Origin: Candidatus Multivorans sp.
Lineage (GTDB): Bacteria > Acidobacteriota > Thermoanaerobaculia > Multivoradales > Multivoraceae
Length of the DNA stretch: 64,000 nt
Assembly (NCBI GenBank): GCA_965224025.1
Contig: OZ245033.1
Location: forward strand, 960,001-1,024,000
Direction of reading: 5' to 3'
Below the pieces are notes generated by a model. It worked only from the letters and a program-made list of their open reading frames with translations, did not search any database and was not told the origin of the DNA. Shown piece after piece: positions 31,146-41,749 of this stretch; position 1 is the stretch's first letter, and every line of letters begins with the position of its first letter. The translations under genes were made by a program, and so were the position numbers.

Positions 31146-31562
31146 CAGTGCGATGACCAGGGCGAGCTGGCCGTCCCTGCGGGCAGCGTCGCTGTGGGTC
31201 GCCAGCGTCCAGGCGATCTCATTGCCGCGCGCGAGAAGTCGCTGGTCCTCGACGTGGGCGCGCCGCAGTTGCTCGGCGCCCTCCGCCGCGGTGGCCGGGC
31301 CGCTCTGGAGCAGAGCGAGCCCGAGTGCGTGGCGGCCGGCGGCATGGTCGGGGTCGTGTTCCAGCAGCGCCCGGTACCCTTCCACCGCTTCATCCAGACG
31401 ACCACGGCCGGCAGCAACCTGAGCGGCGCCGTATAGCGCGTCGACGTCACGTGGCTCCACCGCAAGTACGGCGCCTGCTCCACCTCCACGGACCGTCGCA
31501 GCAGGGACACGGATTCGGCGGGGAAGCTGTCTTCGTACCGGCGCGCGTAGCTCGCGAGCGAG
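31145..31562 (-). pseudogene. Degenerate, internally deleted duplicate of the TPR region of the ASPIC/TPR gene
   Basis: 31145-31432 aligns with 34161-34450, and 31471-31562 with 35043-35133. Confidence 0.9.
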
Positions 31563-31594
31563 AAGGAGTGAAGAAGGGCCGTCCACAACCGATT

Positions 31595-32152
31595 TCACCT
31601 GGTCATCGCGGCAACGAGATCGCGCGCCCTCCCCAGTGAGCCGCCGCACTCCGTCAACCAGTCCGGTTCCTCGCCCACCTTGACCGAGAGCCAGGACGTG
31701 TCGGTCGCACTTGCGCCCGTGTGTTGACCCATATGACCGATCACGTACTGCTTCAGCACAGGTTTAGGAATCACCCAAGCATGTGCATCGAAAGGGGAGA
31801 TACCCAATGCGAAGACATAGTCGTAGTTCTGGTCACGAATTTGTTGAAACTTGTACCCGCCACCTCTCCAAAGCGTTGAGAACTTGATCTCGACTCGCCG
31901 GCCCTCAATGAGCCGGTCGGCCTCTGAGTCGGGCGACTTCACGACATCGAAGTCCTTGGCAGCGCACCATGCTGCCACCAGCCGCTCACCTATAGCACCA
32001 ACCTGTCGGGAAGGCCGGGTCTTGATCCAGCCGAACGGGCTGTCTTGCCAAGGGTCCCGTTCGACCTCTACGTACTCATCGCGGAGCAGCGCTGCGTAGA
32101 GCGCCAACTCGCGCACCTCCGGATCGGCGATCGACTCCACGGCCTTGTTCAT
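31595..32152 (-). CDS. Putative small PD-(D/E)XK restriction endonuclease
   Basis: GAIGE...SEADRLIEGRRVEIKFS...FQQIRDQNYDY; ATGA-coupled to the upstream DNA MTase. Confidence 0.6.
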   Translation of the reverse strand: MNKAVESIADPEVRELALYAALLRDEYVEVERDPWQDSPFGWIKTRPSRQVGAIGERLVAAWCAAKDFDVVKSPDSEADRLIEGRRVEIKFSTLWRGGGYKFQQIRDQNYDYVFALGISPFDAHAWVIPKPVLKQYVIGHMGQHTGASATDTSWLSVKVGEEPDWLTECGGSLGRARDLVAAMTR

Positions 32153-33150
32153 CGCAACAGGCCCAACTGTTCAGACTCACTTGCTCGAATAGCCAACCGA
32201 CGGAAACTCCCGTCGACGTAGCCCACGCCCGCCGTTCCCAAGCGATTGGCCATGACCGCGATGGCTTCGTCGTTGCTGTCGATCATCACGAAGTGCCTTC
32301 CCATCTTCTGGGCGACGGCGGCCGCCGTCCCGGATCCGGCGAAGAAGTCGAGCACCCAGTCGTTCTCCTGCGACGACGCGCTCAGTATCCTTCGCAGGAT
32401 GCCCTCCGGCTTCTGCGAGGCATAGCCCGTCTTCTCCTTTCCGTTCGTCGGCACGATGGTGTGCCACCAGACGTCTGTCGGCAGTTTCCCGCGTTCAGCC
32501 TTCGCCTTCGAGACAAGACCGGGCGCCATGTACGGGATCCGTTCGATCGCATCCTGGTCGAAGAAGTAGCGATCGGGATCCTTGGCGTACACGAGGATTG
32601 TGTCGTGTTTCGCGGGCCACTTCCGACGCGAGCGTCCGCCGTAGTCGTAGGCCCAGATGATCTCGTTCACGAAGCACTCGCGTCCGAAGATCTGGTCGAG
32701 CAGCACCTTGCAATAGTGCGCCTCCCGGTAGTCAAGATGGAGGTAGAGGGTGCCATCGGGGGTCAACAGTCGGCGCGCATGCTCCAGACGCGCTCTGATG
32801 AATGCGAGGTAGTCGTCGAAGGCGTCCTCATAGGACGTCGTGCCGAGCTCGACCGTACGGTACCGCCTCCCGCCGAACCCGACCCTGTCGCCTTCTTGCG
32901 AGCGGACAGTGGAGATCTCCTTCCGCTGCTGGACCTTGCCGGTGTTGAAAGGCGGATCTATGTAGATCAGGCGAAAGAACTCCTCGGGAAGCGCAGGGAG
33001 CACGTCAGCGTTGTCAGCGTGGACCACCCAGTCGCATCTCCCGTCAAGGCAGACGCGCTTGCACTGAGTCTCCGCGAGACGCGTGTCGGTCCCAGCCACG
33101 CCGGGATTACTGCTTCGGCTTCTTCGGGCCGGCACGGTCACTTGGTCCAC
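32149..33150 (-). CDS. N4/N6 DNA methyltransferase (beta class)
   Basis: IYIDPPFNTG precedes QKPE and VLDFFAGSGT. Confidence 0.92.
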   Translation of the reverse strand: MDQVTVPARRSRSSNPGVAGTDTRLAETQCKRVCLDGRCDWVVHADNADVLPALPEEFFRLIYIDPPFNTGKVQQRKEISTVRSQEGDRVGFGGRRYRTVELGTTSYEDAFDDYLAFIRARLEHARRLLTPDGTLYLHLDYREAHYCKVLLDQIFGRECFVNEIIWAYDYGGRSRRKWPAKHDTILVYAKDPDRYFFDQDAIERIPYMAPGLVSKAKAERGKLPTDVWWHTIVPTNGKEKTGYASQKPEGILRRILSASSQENDWVLDFFAGSGTAAAVAQKMGRHFVMIDSNDEAIAVMANRLGTAGVGYVDGSFRRLAIRASESEQLGLLR

Positions 33151-33231
33151 ACCATCGCTCGGTCCACGAGTGCACTCCAGCAGGGCTGGCCGCCACCACG
33201 GCTCGTTCAGCCAACGAGGAGAAAAAGTCGG

Positions 33232-33887
33232 CTAGCCGAGCACTTCGCATTCCTGGCACACCCAAGTCGTTCGGCGATCCGGTGAGTAGCGAAGGACACG
33301 GAGCTTGGCAGCGACGGTCAGACTCCGCGCACTCTTCATGAGTTGAAGGAGGTTGGCAGGCACCCAGAAAGTGTAGCTGTTCAACGCGTCGGCGGCCTGT
33401 TCGTGGAGCGTGACGCGACCCCAAATGCCCTTCCCGAGGTCGCCAAGCGCCGCCGCTGCCATCGTCGTCCGCGGTACCTTGAGTTTCCGGTACACGTCGA
33501 CCCGCCCCTGAACTCGCGAAGCATGCCGACGACGTCCGCTCCGGTGAGTTGAACCGGATCAACTCGGCGAATCGGATCCGGCTGGCTCGCTCGCCTGTCG
33601 GCCACGACCTCGGGACCGATCCCTCCGGTAGGCGGGCGCTGGACAGTGATGCCGCGCCTCAGCTTGACCGTGACCGCTCCGCCGGGCGTCCGCCTCCGTT
33701 CCAGGTTCCGCGCCCAGAAAATGTCGCAGTCGTGGAGCGGCCACGGAGGGCCGAGTTCATCGAAGAAGACCTTGCAGCCGCTGTCGCACTTGTAGAAGAA
33801 CACGCGGCACTCGCAGCCCAGGACAGGTGGTGGGCCAGGTAACCGCGTTGCACCAAGCACCATGGACGGAGGGCATCTGGACCTCAA
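33232..33887 (-). pseudogene. Frameshifted hypothetical protein with Cys/His motif
   Basis: CECRVFFYKCDSGCKVFFDELGPPWPLHDC; continues in a second frame (33232-33495). Confidence 0.45.
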
Positions 33888-33924
33888 CTCCTATTCTCGT
33901 GAGTCCGCGGAGACACGTCGTTGC

Positions 33925-36900
33925 CTACCGATCGGACCGAATCGGTACACCCTGCCGGTACTGCTCGAGCCTCCGGTTCAGAAGCTCCACGAGCCGCTCC
34001 CGGTCAGCCGGCGCCGCCTGCTGCCGCCCGGAGCCGCCGAGGATCTCCAGAGCACTTTCGACCGTTCGTACCGCGGACTCGAAGTCGCCGGTCTCGGCGT
34101 AGGCCGCCGCCAGGGTCTCGAGCAGGGCCGGCTCGGCGCCGCCGGCAACCGCGTTGAGTTCCAGGGCGATCACCAGGGCAAGCTGGCCGTCCCTGCGGGC
34201 GGCGTCGCGATCGGTCGCCAGGGTCCAGGCGAGGTCGTTGCCCCGCGCGAGCAGTCGCTCGTCCTCGACGTAGGCGCGCCGGAGTTGCTCGGCGCCCTCC
34301 GCGGCTGTGGCCGGTCCGCTCTGGAGCAGCGCCAGCCCGAGTGCGTGGCGGCCGGCGGCGTGATCGGGGTCGTGTTCGAGGAGCGAGCGGTATCCCTCCA
34401 CCGCTTCTTCCAGCCGGCCCGAAGCGGCCGTCACCTGAGCGGCGCCGAAGAGGGCAGAGGCGTCGCGGGGCTCGACCGCGAGGATCGCGCGGTAGTGCGC
34501 TGCCGCGGGTTCCAGATAGCCGCTGCGGACGGCCGCGACGGCCAGGATCCGGTGCGCCTCCACATGCCGCGGGTCGCGGTCGACAACCGCCGCGAATTGC
34601 TCCATCGCTTCCGACAGCCGGTTCAACTTGCCAAGCAACTGGCCGTAGAGGTATCTGAGATCCACGTCGTCGGGGCTCTGCTCGACGGCCCGACGAAGTT
34701 CCTCTGCCGCGGCCTCCGTTTGCCCCTCGCTGTCCAGGAGTTCGGCAAGCCGCACTCGGGCGCCGACATTGCCGGGCTCCGCGGCGAGCGCCGCCTCCAC
34801 CTCGCCGCGCACCTGGTCCACGTCGCCGGCGTCGACCAGAGCGTTCTGGTAGGCCATCCGCGCGGCCGGATCGTCCGGTTCGAGGTCCAGAGCGGCGCGG
34901 GCGTAACGCACGGCGGCCCGGTTGTCTCCGCGCCGGCTCTCGATCACCGTCAGACGCTGGAGCGACTTGAACAACCGGTCCCGCGCGCCGCGCTGCTCGA
35001 ACGAGGCCGCGACGACGCCGTCCGCCCGGCTTCCGACCAGCCGCGCCTGCTCCACCTCGACGGACCGTCGCAGCAGGGACACGGATTCGGCGGGGAAGCT
35101 GTCCTCGAACCAGCGCGCGTAGCTCGCGAGCGACACCTCGGCCGGCGGATCGGTAAACCAGCGGCCGGCGACCGGCGCCGACTCGGCTCGCAGCGTGGAG
35201 TGCGGCGCGTCGAGCAGTTCAAGGTCGGCCAGAAGATCGCCGGCGGTCACGCCGCCGCGGTAGAGAACGGCGACCCGGCCCTCGCCGTCCACCAGCATGG
35301 AGAACGGCAGCGACAGCGGAAAGCGCCGGTCGAAGAGCGACCGCTTGACGATCTCGACCTTGTCGAGGGTCTGCTTCGTCGCCATCCCGTTCAGGAAGGG
35401 GAAGCCGATCTCGTCCATGAACTTCCGAGCCGACTCCTCGGTCGTGCTCGGCACGTCGCCCATTCCGTCGGTCGACAGCGCCGCGATCTCGAGGCCGGCG
35501 GCGCGTAGCGCGTCCTCTTCGGCCGTCAAGTCGCGCAGCTCCGAGCGGCAGGGAGCACACCAGCTCGCCCAGATATTGACCAGCACCGGGCGACCCCGTC
35601 CGATCGCGATCGGCGCCGGTTCCCCGGCGCCGAAGGGACGGAGCGTTAGCTGCGGCGAAGGCGGCCGCGGCGCCAGCACGACGCGGGCGCCCGTGGTCGG
35701 CGCGGGCGGCCGCTGATCGCTCGGTTCGAGGGTCCTGCCGCGACTCAGCGCCGGCTCGGGCACCACCCGGCCGCTGCCCTGGACGATCCGGTAGCGGCCG
35801 CCGGCCGCGATGCCGCCGAACGCCTCTCGCCCGGCGCCCGGCCAGTGGACGGTCACCGTACCCGTCGGTTCGCCGTCGCCGAGGCCGAAGTGCAGCCAGC
35901 GGCTGGACTGAGAGAGAAAGCCCTCGCCGGCGCGCACCGACCGCCGCAGGATGCCGTCCGTCGTCTCGAGCTCGACCCGAGCGCCCACCGCGTCCCGGTT
36001 CGTGCCGGCGCCGTCGCCTTCGAGGTACAGCGCGACGAAGCGGCCGCCCGCGGGCAGTTCGTTGCGCATCAGCCGCAATCGGGGCGCGGTCCGGTTGCTG
36101 ATCGCCACGTCCAGGTCGCCGTCGCCCTCCAGATCGAGGAAGGCCACGCCGCGGCCGTCGTCCGGAAAGTCCAGGCCGCTCACCGCCGAGGCGTTGGCGA
36201 AGGCGCCGCCCGCCGTGCCGGGGTTCAGGAAGACGCAGTTCCGCTCGTTGCCGCTGAAGGACAGCCCCTCGTCCAGCCGCTCGTGAAGCGCGCGCAGGGA
36301 TTCGAGATACGGCGCCAGCGAACGGGCATCCGGAGCACTGGGGGCACGCGGCACGACCTGCCGCCAGAAGAAGCTTCACAGGTCGTCCGGAAGGGTCTGG
36401 GTCAGGTTGCCGTTGGCTACGACCAGATCCTCCCAGCCATCGTTGTTGATATCGGCGAACACCGACGACCACGACCACCGGCCCATCGTCACCCCGGCCT
36501 GGACGCTCCGGTCGACGAACCCGCCGCCCGTGCCCGCGAACAGGGAGTTGCCGCGGGCCATCCGCTGGACCTCCGCCAGCGGACCGGCCCGCTGCCGGTC
36601 GCGCTCGAACTTCCGCTGGTACGTGATTCGGTTGCCGGCGGCCGAGAACATGTTGCCGACGTAGATGTCCATGCGGCCATCGCGGTTGTAGTCGGCCCAA
36701 CTCACCGACATTCCGGACGAAATGTCCTCGACGCCGGCGCCGGCCGCCACGTCGACGAACGAGCCGCCTTCGTTCCGGTACAGATTGTTGCGGCCGTAGT
36801 CGTTCGCCACGTAGAGGTCCGCGTCGCCGTCGCCGTCGTAGTCTTCCCAGGACGCCGCCAGACTGAAGCGGCGGTTGTTGCGGTCGAGCCCCGCCGCGGC

Positions 36901-38199
36901 CGTCGCGTCGACGAAGCGGAAGCCGCCGTCGTTGCGCAGCAGCACGTTGCGGCCGCCGTTGTTCGCGTCGTGGTACGGCGCCGGGCTCGCCACTCCGCGC
37001 TCGTCGTAGGCGCGGCGGTAGGCGCAGACGTAGACGTCGAGGTCGCCGTCGCCGTCGTAGTCGGCCGCCGACAGCGAGTTGCTGTCGGGGATGTCGCCGG
37101 CGATGTAGCGGACGCGGGCGAAGCCGCCCTTGCCATCGTTCTCGAGCACCAGCACCGCAGGCCGGCTGGAGAGCACCAAGTCGGGATCGCCGTCGTTGTC
37201 GAGGTCGACGAACAGCCCGGCGAGGGCGCGCTCCAGGTAGTCGACCGCCGCCGCCGCCGAACGATCGTCGAACACGCCGGTCGGGTTCTGCACGTACAGA
37301 CGGTTCGGCAGTCCGCCCTGCTCGGGAAGGAAGATGTCGTCCAGACCGTCGCCGTTGACATCGGCGACGGACACGCCCTGCCATCCCGTCTTGTTGTAGC
37401 CCGCCGCCTTGGCGATCCGGTTGAGCCAGGCATCCGGTGGCTGCAGCAGTTGCTCCCGGTAACTCGAGTTGTGGCCGACGGCGGCTTCGGTGACGTCCAC
37501 GAACAGGGCCCCTCCCGCCGCGGACGTCTCCTCGTAGTCGCTCATCTCGACCGTCCGCAGGAGCGGCTCGCCGGCGCCGCCCTCGGGCAACGTCCATGTC
37601 GTCGTCCAGACCGCGTTCAACTGGCGGTCGCCCGCAGCACCGGCGACCGACGCCTCGAAGTAGGAGCGGGTCGTGAAGCTCGACCCATCGCCCTCGATCG
37701 TGAAGAGCTTGAAGTCGGCCCGCGGCGATCCGCTGCCGGTCAAGCGCCCGCCCAACACCAGCAGCGCGTCCACGAAACCCTCGACGCCCCTATAGGCGAA
37801 GGGCCCAGGCTGGCCGACACTCACGGTGAAAGTCGCACCGGCGTAGCGCTCGCTCAATTCGCCGGGGACGAAGCCCCGGGTCTCGAACGTCTCGTCAACC
37901 GCCTCATCCAAGGCATCCAGCGACACCGAGGCCACGCCGCCTTCCAGCCAGCCCGCGATGCGCTTGAGCTGCGCCTCGGCCTGTTCGCTGAGCGCTTCGC
38001 TGTCCCAGCCGTCGGCACGGGGATCGACGGCGGCGGCGAAGTTCTGCGGTCCGAAGGCGGGAGATGTCTCAACAGCCGCGGCCGCCGCGCGGCGATCCTG
38101 GGCCACCGCCGTCGGTAAGGCGCCCAGCAGGACTACCGCCGAGAGCGTAGCCGCAGCAGGCAAGACAGACGGTGGCTTCAACGAGGTTCTGAGCGCCAT
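33925..38199 (-). CDS. Secreted FG-GAP/CRTAC1 + ASPIC/UnbV + thioredoxin-like + TPR protein with in-frame TGA (probable selenocysteine)
   Basis: ORFs 36376-38286 and 33925-36354 are in the same frame, separated only by TGA (PDDL*SFFWRQVV). FG-GAP repeats DxDGDGDxD, ASPIC (NRDAVGARV..GEGFLSQS..LHFGLG), WASWCAPC and TPRs. Likely ATG 38199 with signal peptide. Confidence 0.8.
36348..36364 (-). promoter_or_regulatory. Putative bacterial SECIS hairpin
   Basis: mRNA UGA-AGCUUCUUCUG-GCGGCA-GGUCG-UGCCGC: 11-nt spacer, perfect 6-bp stem, G-first apical loop. Confidence 0.72.
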
Positions 38200-38357
38200 T
38201 CGGCACGCGGGTGCTGAGTTCGGCGAAAGCGGCGTCTTCAAGCACGGCGAAGGAAGAGCCCTCGGCAGAAGGCGGCGATCCCGCAACGGAGGTCACACGG
38301 CGCGTTGGACTCTATCGGCAGCGCACTGACACCAGAGCCGCCGGCAAGCCCTCAATT

Positions 38358-38366
38358 TGCTATCAT
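38358..38366 (+). promoter_or_regulatory. Extended -10 / FitA-type operator half-site
   Basis: TGCTATCAT 43 nt upstream of the RHH antitoxin ATG. Confidence 0.4.
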
Positions 38367-38408
38367 TTCGCCCGCAACACGTCCCTCGAGCCGAAGGGAG
38401 ACTACGAA

Positions 38409-38645
38409 ATGGGGAACTTGACTGTCCGCAACCTCGACGATCGCGTTGTGGATCAACTAAAGCAGCAAGCCCGGGAGAACCACCGCTCCCTGGAGGCCGA
38501 GGTCCGCCACCGTCTCACCGAGAGCGTCTCGAACCGGCTCCGCAGGGCAACGTTCCGCGAGCGCGCGAGGCGTCTTGCAGAGGCGACAGCCGGCACACCT
38601 CAAACGGACAGCACGATCCTGATTCGCGAAGATCGGGACCGTTGA
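38409..38645 (+). CDS. FitA-like ribbon-helix-helix antitoxin
   Basis: MGNLTVRNLDDRVVDQLKQQARENHRSLEAEVRHRL...DSTILIREDRDR. Confidence 0.88.
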   Translation: MGNLTVRNLDDRVVDQLKQQARENHRSLEAEVRHRLTESVSNRLRRATFRERARRLAEATAGTPQTDSTILIREDRDR

Positions 38646-39478
38646 GGGTCACGGTCGATGCGAGCGTCGTCATCAAGTGGTACGTGGCCGAACCACGGCG
38701 GGCTGCAGCGCGCCTTCTGCTCGAAGACGGCATCGACTGCCACGCGCCCGACTTCGTCCTGATCGAATGCGCCAACGTTCTCTGGAAGAAGAGTCGCCGG
38801 AAAGAAATCGCAGACCCGGCTCTTCTCCTCGAAGAGATCCAACGGTCCGAAGTCGTCAAGCTTCACCCTTCGGCCAGCCTGCTGCTCGATGCGGCGACAA
38901 CGGCGGATGAGATAGGCCACCCCGTGTACGACTGTCTCTACATCACATGCGCTCAGCACACCGACTCCACGCTGGTCACCGACGATCGACGGCTGACGAA
39001 CGCCGTCCAGGAGAGACTGCCGTCACTCCCGGTACTGAACCTCCAGGATCCGGAGGCGACCCAGACCATCGCAGCAGCAGCTATCCGGCTAGTCATCGAC
39101 CCGGGCAGGCTCGATGAGCTACTCGGCGCCGTTCGACGGCTTGACGCCACCAGTGAGAACATCCTCAAGACCTGGCTCCGCGAAACCGGCGGATCCAGGA
39201 GCGCCGGGCCCGAAGAACGCGCTCTACTTGAGGACTCGATCCCCGTTCAGGAACTGCTCCGTCTCATCGGTGGGTTGAGCGAAGACGAGCGCGTCGACCT
39301 ACTGGCGCTCGGCTGGCTCGGCATGAGCGGCTCGGAGACCGAATCCTGGGATCGCCTGCTCATCCGCGCGAGTGAAGCGGCCGGGAGGTTCGACGCTCGG
39401 CAGATTGCGAATCTCTGTCACTACTGGGCCAAGGGTCGGGACCGTCTCGCCAGGCTCCGCACGCACACTCCCGCGTAA
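38642..39478 (+). CDS. PIN (VapC) toxin with C-terminal DUF3775-like extension
   Basis: VDASVVIKW...E..N...HPVYDCLY...LVTDD PIN core; tail LIGGLSEDERVDLLALGWLG. Confidence 0.8.
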   Translation: MRVTVDASVVIKWYVAEPRRAAARLLLEDGIDCHAPDFVLIECANVLWKKSRRKEIADPALLLEEIQRSEVVKLHPSASLLLDAATTADEIGHPVYDCLYITCAQHTDSTLVTDDRRLTNAVQERLPSLPVLNLQDPEATQTIAAAAIRLVIDPGRLDELLGAVRRLDATSENILKTWLRETGGSRSAGPEERALLEDSIPVQELLRLIGGLSEDERVDLLALGWLGMSGSETESWDRLLIRASEAAGRFDARQIANLCHYWAKGRDRLARLRTHTPA

Positions 39479-39532
39479 CGACGCCTCCTGGCGCCGGCCC
39501 GCCAACCCGAAACCCTCTTCTATGATCAGGCC

Positions 39533-41749
39533 GTGCGCCCCAGTTCAAGGATCCCCTTCGGCCTGGGGCAGACCAAGCCGCACCACTTCCTGGAGATGGG
39601 GAAGGTCGCATGGCACAACCGGGATGAGGCCGCGTACGCGTGGCGCATCCTGCGCGACGGAGTCTGCGACGGTTGCGCCCTGGGCACGTCGGGTTTGCGC
39701 GACTGGACCCTCGACGGCGTCCACCTGTGCATGGTGCGTCTCGACCTGCTGCGGCTGAACACGATGCCGGCGCTCGACCCGGCCGTTCTCGCCGACGCCA
39801 AGGCTCTGGCCGCCCGCGGCTCCACGGCGCTGCGCGGTCTCGGGCGGCTCGCGCACCCGATGCTGCGACGGGCCGGCGAACCCGGGTTCCGGCGGATCGG
39901 CTGGTCCGAGGCGACCGACATCGCGGCCTCCGCGCTCGCGGAAGTCCGGCAACGCGATCCCGCGCGCGCGGCCTTCTTCCTGACCTCGCGCGGCATTCCC
40001 AACGAGACCTACTACGTGGCGCAGAAGGCTGCCCGCTTCTTCGGCACGCCCCATGTCGATACCGCCGCCCGCCTCTGCCACGCCGCCTCCACGGTGGCCC
40101 TGCATCGCGCGCTCGGATTCGGCGCCGCGACCAACTCCTATAGCGACTGGCTCGACGCGGACCTGATCGTCTTCTTCGGCTCGAACGTGCCGAACAACCA
40201 GCCGGTGACGATCAAGTATCTCCACGTCGCGCGCCGCCGGGGAGCCGAGATCGCGGTCGTCAACCCGTATCGCGAGCCCGGACTCGAGCGCTACTGGGTG
40301 CCGTCGGTCCCTTCGAGCGCCCTGTTCGGCACCGACCTTGCCCAGCACTGGTTCGCCGTCGACACCGGCGGCGACCTCGCCTTCCTGAATGGCGCGATGA
40401 AGGCCCTGCTCGATCTGCCAGGAGGCGTCGCGCGCGCCTTCGTCGAACGCTCCACCCAGAACTTCGCCGAGGTCGAGGCGGCGCTTGAGAGCACTTCCTG
40501 GTCTGAGCTCGAGCGCTCAAGCGGCGCCTCCCGCGCCGAGATGGAGCAATTCGCCGGGCTTCTCTGCTCCAAGCCGAAGACCGTCCTGGTCTGGTCGATG
40601 GGGCTGACCCAGCACCGCCACGGCGTCGACACCGTGCTCGCGATCTGCAACCTCGGCCTGATGCGCGGCCTCCCAGGCCGTCCCGGCGCGGGCCTGGTTC
40701 CGATCCGCGGCCACTCCGGCGTCCAGGGCGGTTCCGAGGTCGGCTGCGCTCCGGTGACCGAAGCGGAAACGCTCGACCGTTGGGCCGGGGTCTGGGGTTT
40801 CGAGCCCCCGCGCGGTCCCGGACTGGCCGCGACCGGCCAGATCGAGGCGGCGGCGGCCGGAGACATCGATGCGTTCTGGATACTCGGCGGCAATTTCCTG
40901 GAGACGACGCCCGACCGCGAGCGGATAGAGACCGCGCTGCACCGGCCGAAGCTCCGGATCCACCAGGACATCGTGCTCAACAGCGCGATGCTGGTCGAAC
41001 CAAGCGACACGGTACTGCTGCTGCCGGCTACGACCCGCTACGAGATCCCCGGAGGCGTGACCGAGACGACGACGGAGAGGCGGATCGTCTACTCGCCGCC
41101 GATCGGCTACGGAGGCGCCGAGGCGCGGCGGCTCGGCGAATGCCGCCCGGAGTGGGAAGTGCTGTGCGAGACCGTCTCCAGGGTCCGGCCCGAACCGCCA
41201 GGCGCCCTCGACTTCGCCAACACGACCGCGATCCGCGACGAGATCGCACGCGCCGAACCGCGCTACGCCGGCATCGAGCACCTGAAGCGGAAGGGCGACG
41301 AGATCCAGTGGGGCGGTCCGCGGCTGTTCGAGGGTGGACGCTTCGCGACCCCTTCGGGCCGAGCCGGTTTCCACGCCGTCGAACTGCCCGCGGAGCGCGC
41401 CCTCAGGGATGGCGAGCTCTTCCTCTCGACCCGCCGCGGCCGCCAGTTCAACTCGATGGTCCATGGCCGGCGGGACGCCCTGACCGGCCTCGAACGCGCC
41501 GACCTGTTGATGAATGCCGGGGACGGCAGTGCCCGCAAGATCGGCGAGGGGGACCGCGTCGTCGTCTCCTCGCCGGTGTCACGGATCGAGTTGGTGGCGC
41601 GCTTCGGAGCGATCAAGGCGGGCAACGTCGAAGCGCACTGGCCGGAGTGCATGGAGCTGCTGCCCTGGTCACTGGATCCCGACTCAGGCGAGCCCGAATA
41701 CGGAGTTCGGGTCAAGGTCGAACGGGTGGACGCGGGCCGTGACGGCTAG
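39533..41749 (+). CDS. FdhF/YdeP family molybdopterin oxidoreductase
   Basis: GVCDGCALG, ARLCHAAS, WSMGLTQH, PIRGHSGVQG and STRRGRQFNSM. Confidence 0.92.
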   Translation: MRPSSRIPFGLGQTKPHHFLEMGKVAWHNRDEAAYAWRILRDGVCDGCALGTSGLRDWTLDGVHLCMVRLDLLRLNTMPALDPAVLADAKALAARGSTALRGLGRLAHPMLRRAGEPGFRRIGWSEATDIAASALAEVRQRDPARAAFFLTSRGIPNETYYVAQKAARFFGTPHVDTAARLCHAASTVALHRALGFGAATNSYSDWLDADLIVFFGSNVPNNQPVTIKYLHVARRRGAEIAVVNPYREPGLERYWVPSVPSSALFGTDLAQHWFAVDTGGDLAFLNGAMKALLDLPGGVARAFVERSTQNFAEVEAALESTSWSELERSSGASRAEMEQFAGLLCSKPKTVLVWSMGLTQHRHGVDTVLAICNLGLMRGLPGRPGAGLVPIRGHSGVQGGSEVGCAPVTEAETLDRWAGVWGFEPPRGPGLAATGQIEAAAAGDIDAFWILGGNFLETTPDRERIETALHRPKLRIHQDIVLNSAMLVEPSDTVLLLPATTRYEIPGGVTETTTERRIVYSPPIGYGGAEARRLGECRPEWEVLCETVSRVRPEPPGALDFANTTAIRDEIARAEPRYAGIEHLKRKGDEIQWGGPRLFEGGRFATPSGRAGFHAVELPAERALRDGELFLSTRRGRQFNSMVHGRRDALTGLERADLLMNAGDGSARKIGEGDRVVVSSPVSRIELVARFGAIKAGNVEAHWPECMELLPWSLDPDSGEPEYGVRVKVERVDAGRDG

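Noticed and set aside
40060-40090. Selenocysteine in the FdhF/YdeP protein
   Set aside because: The ligand position is a normal Cys (ARLCH, TGC); no TGA.
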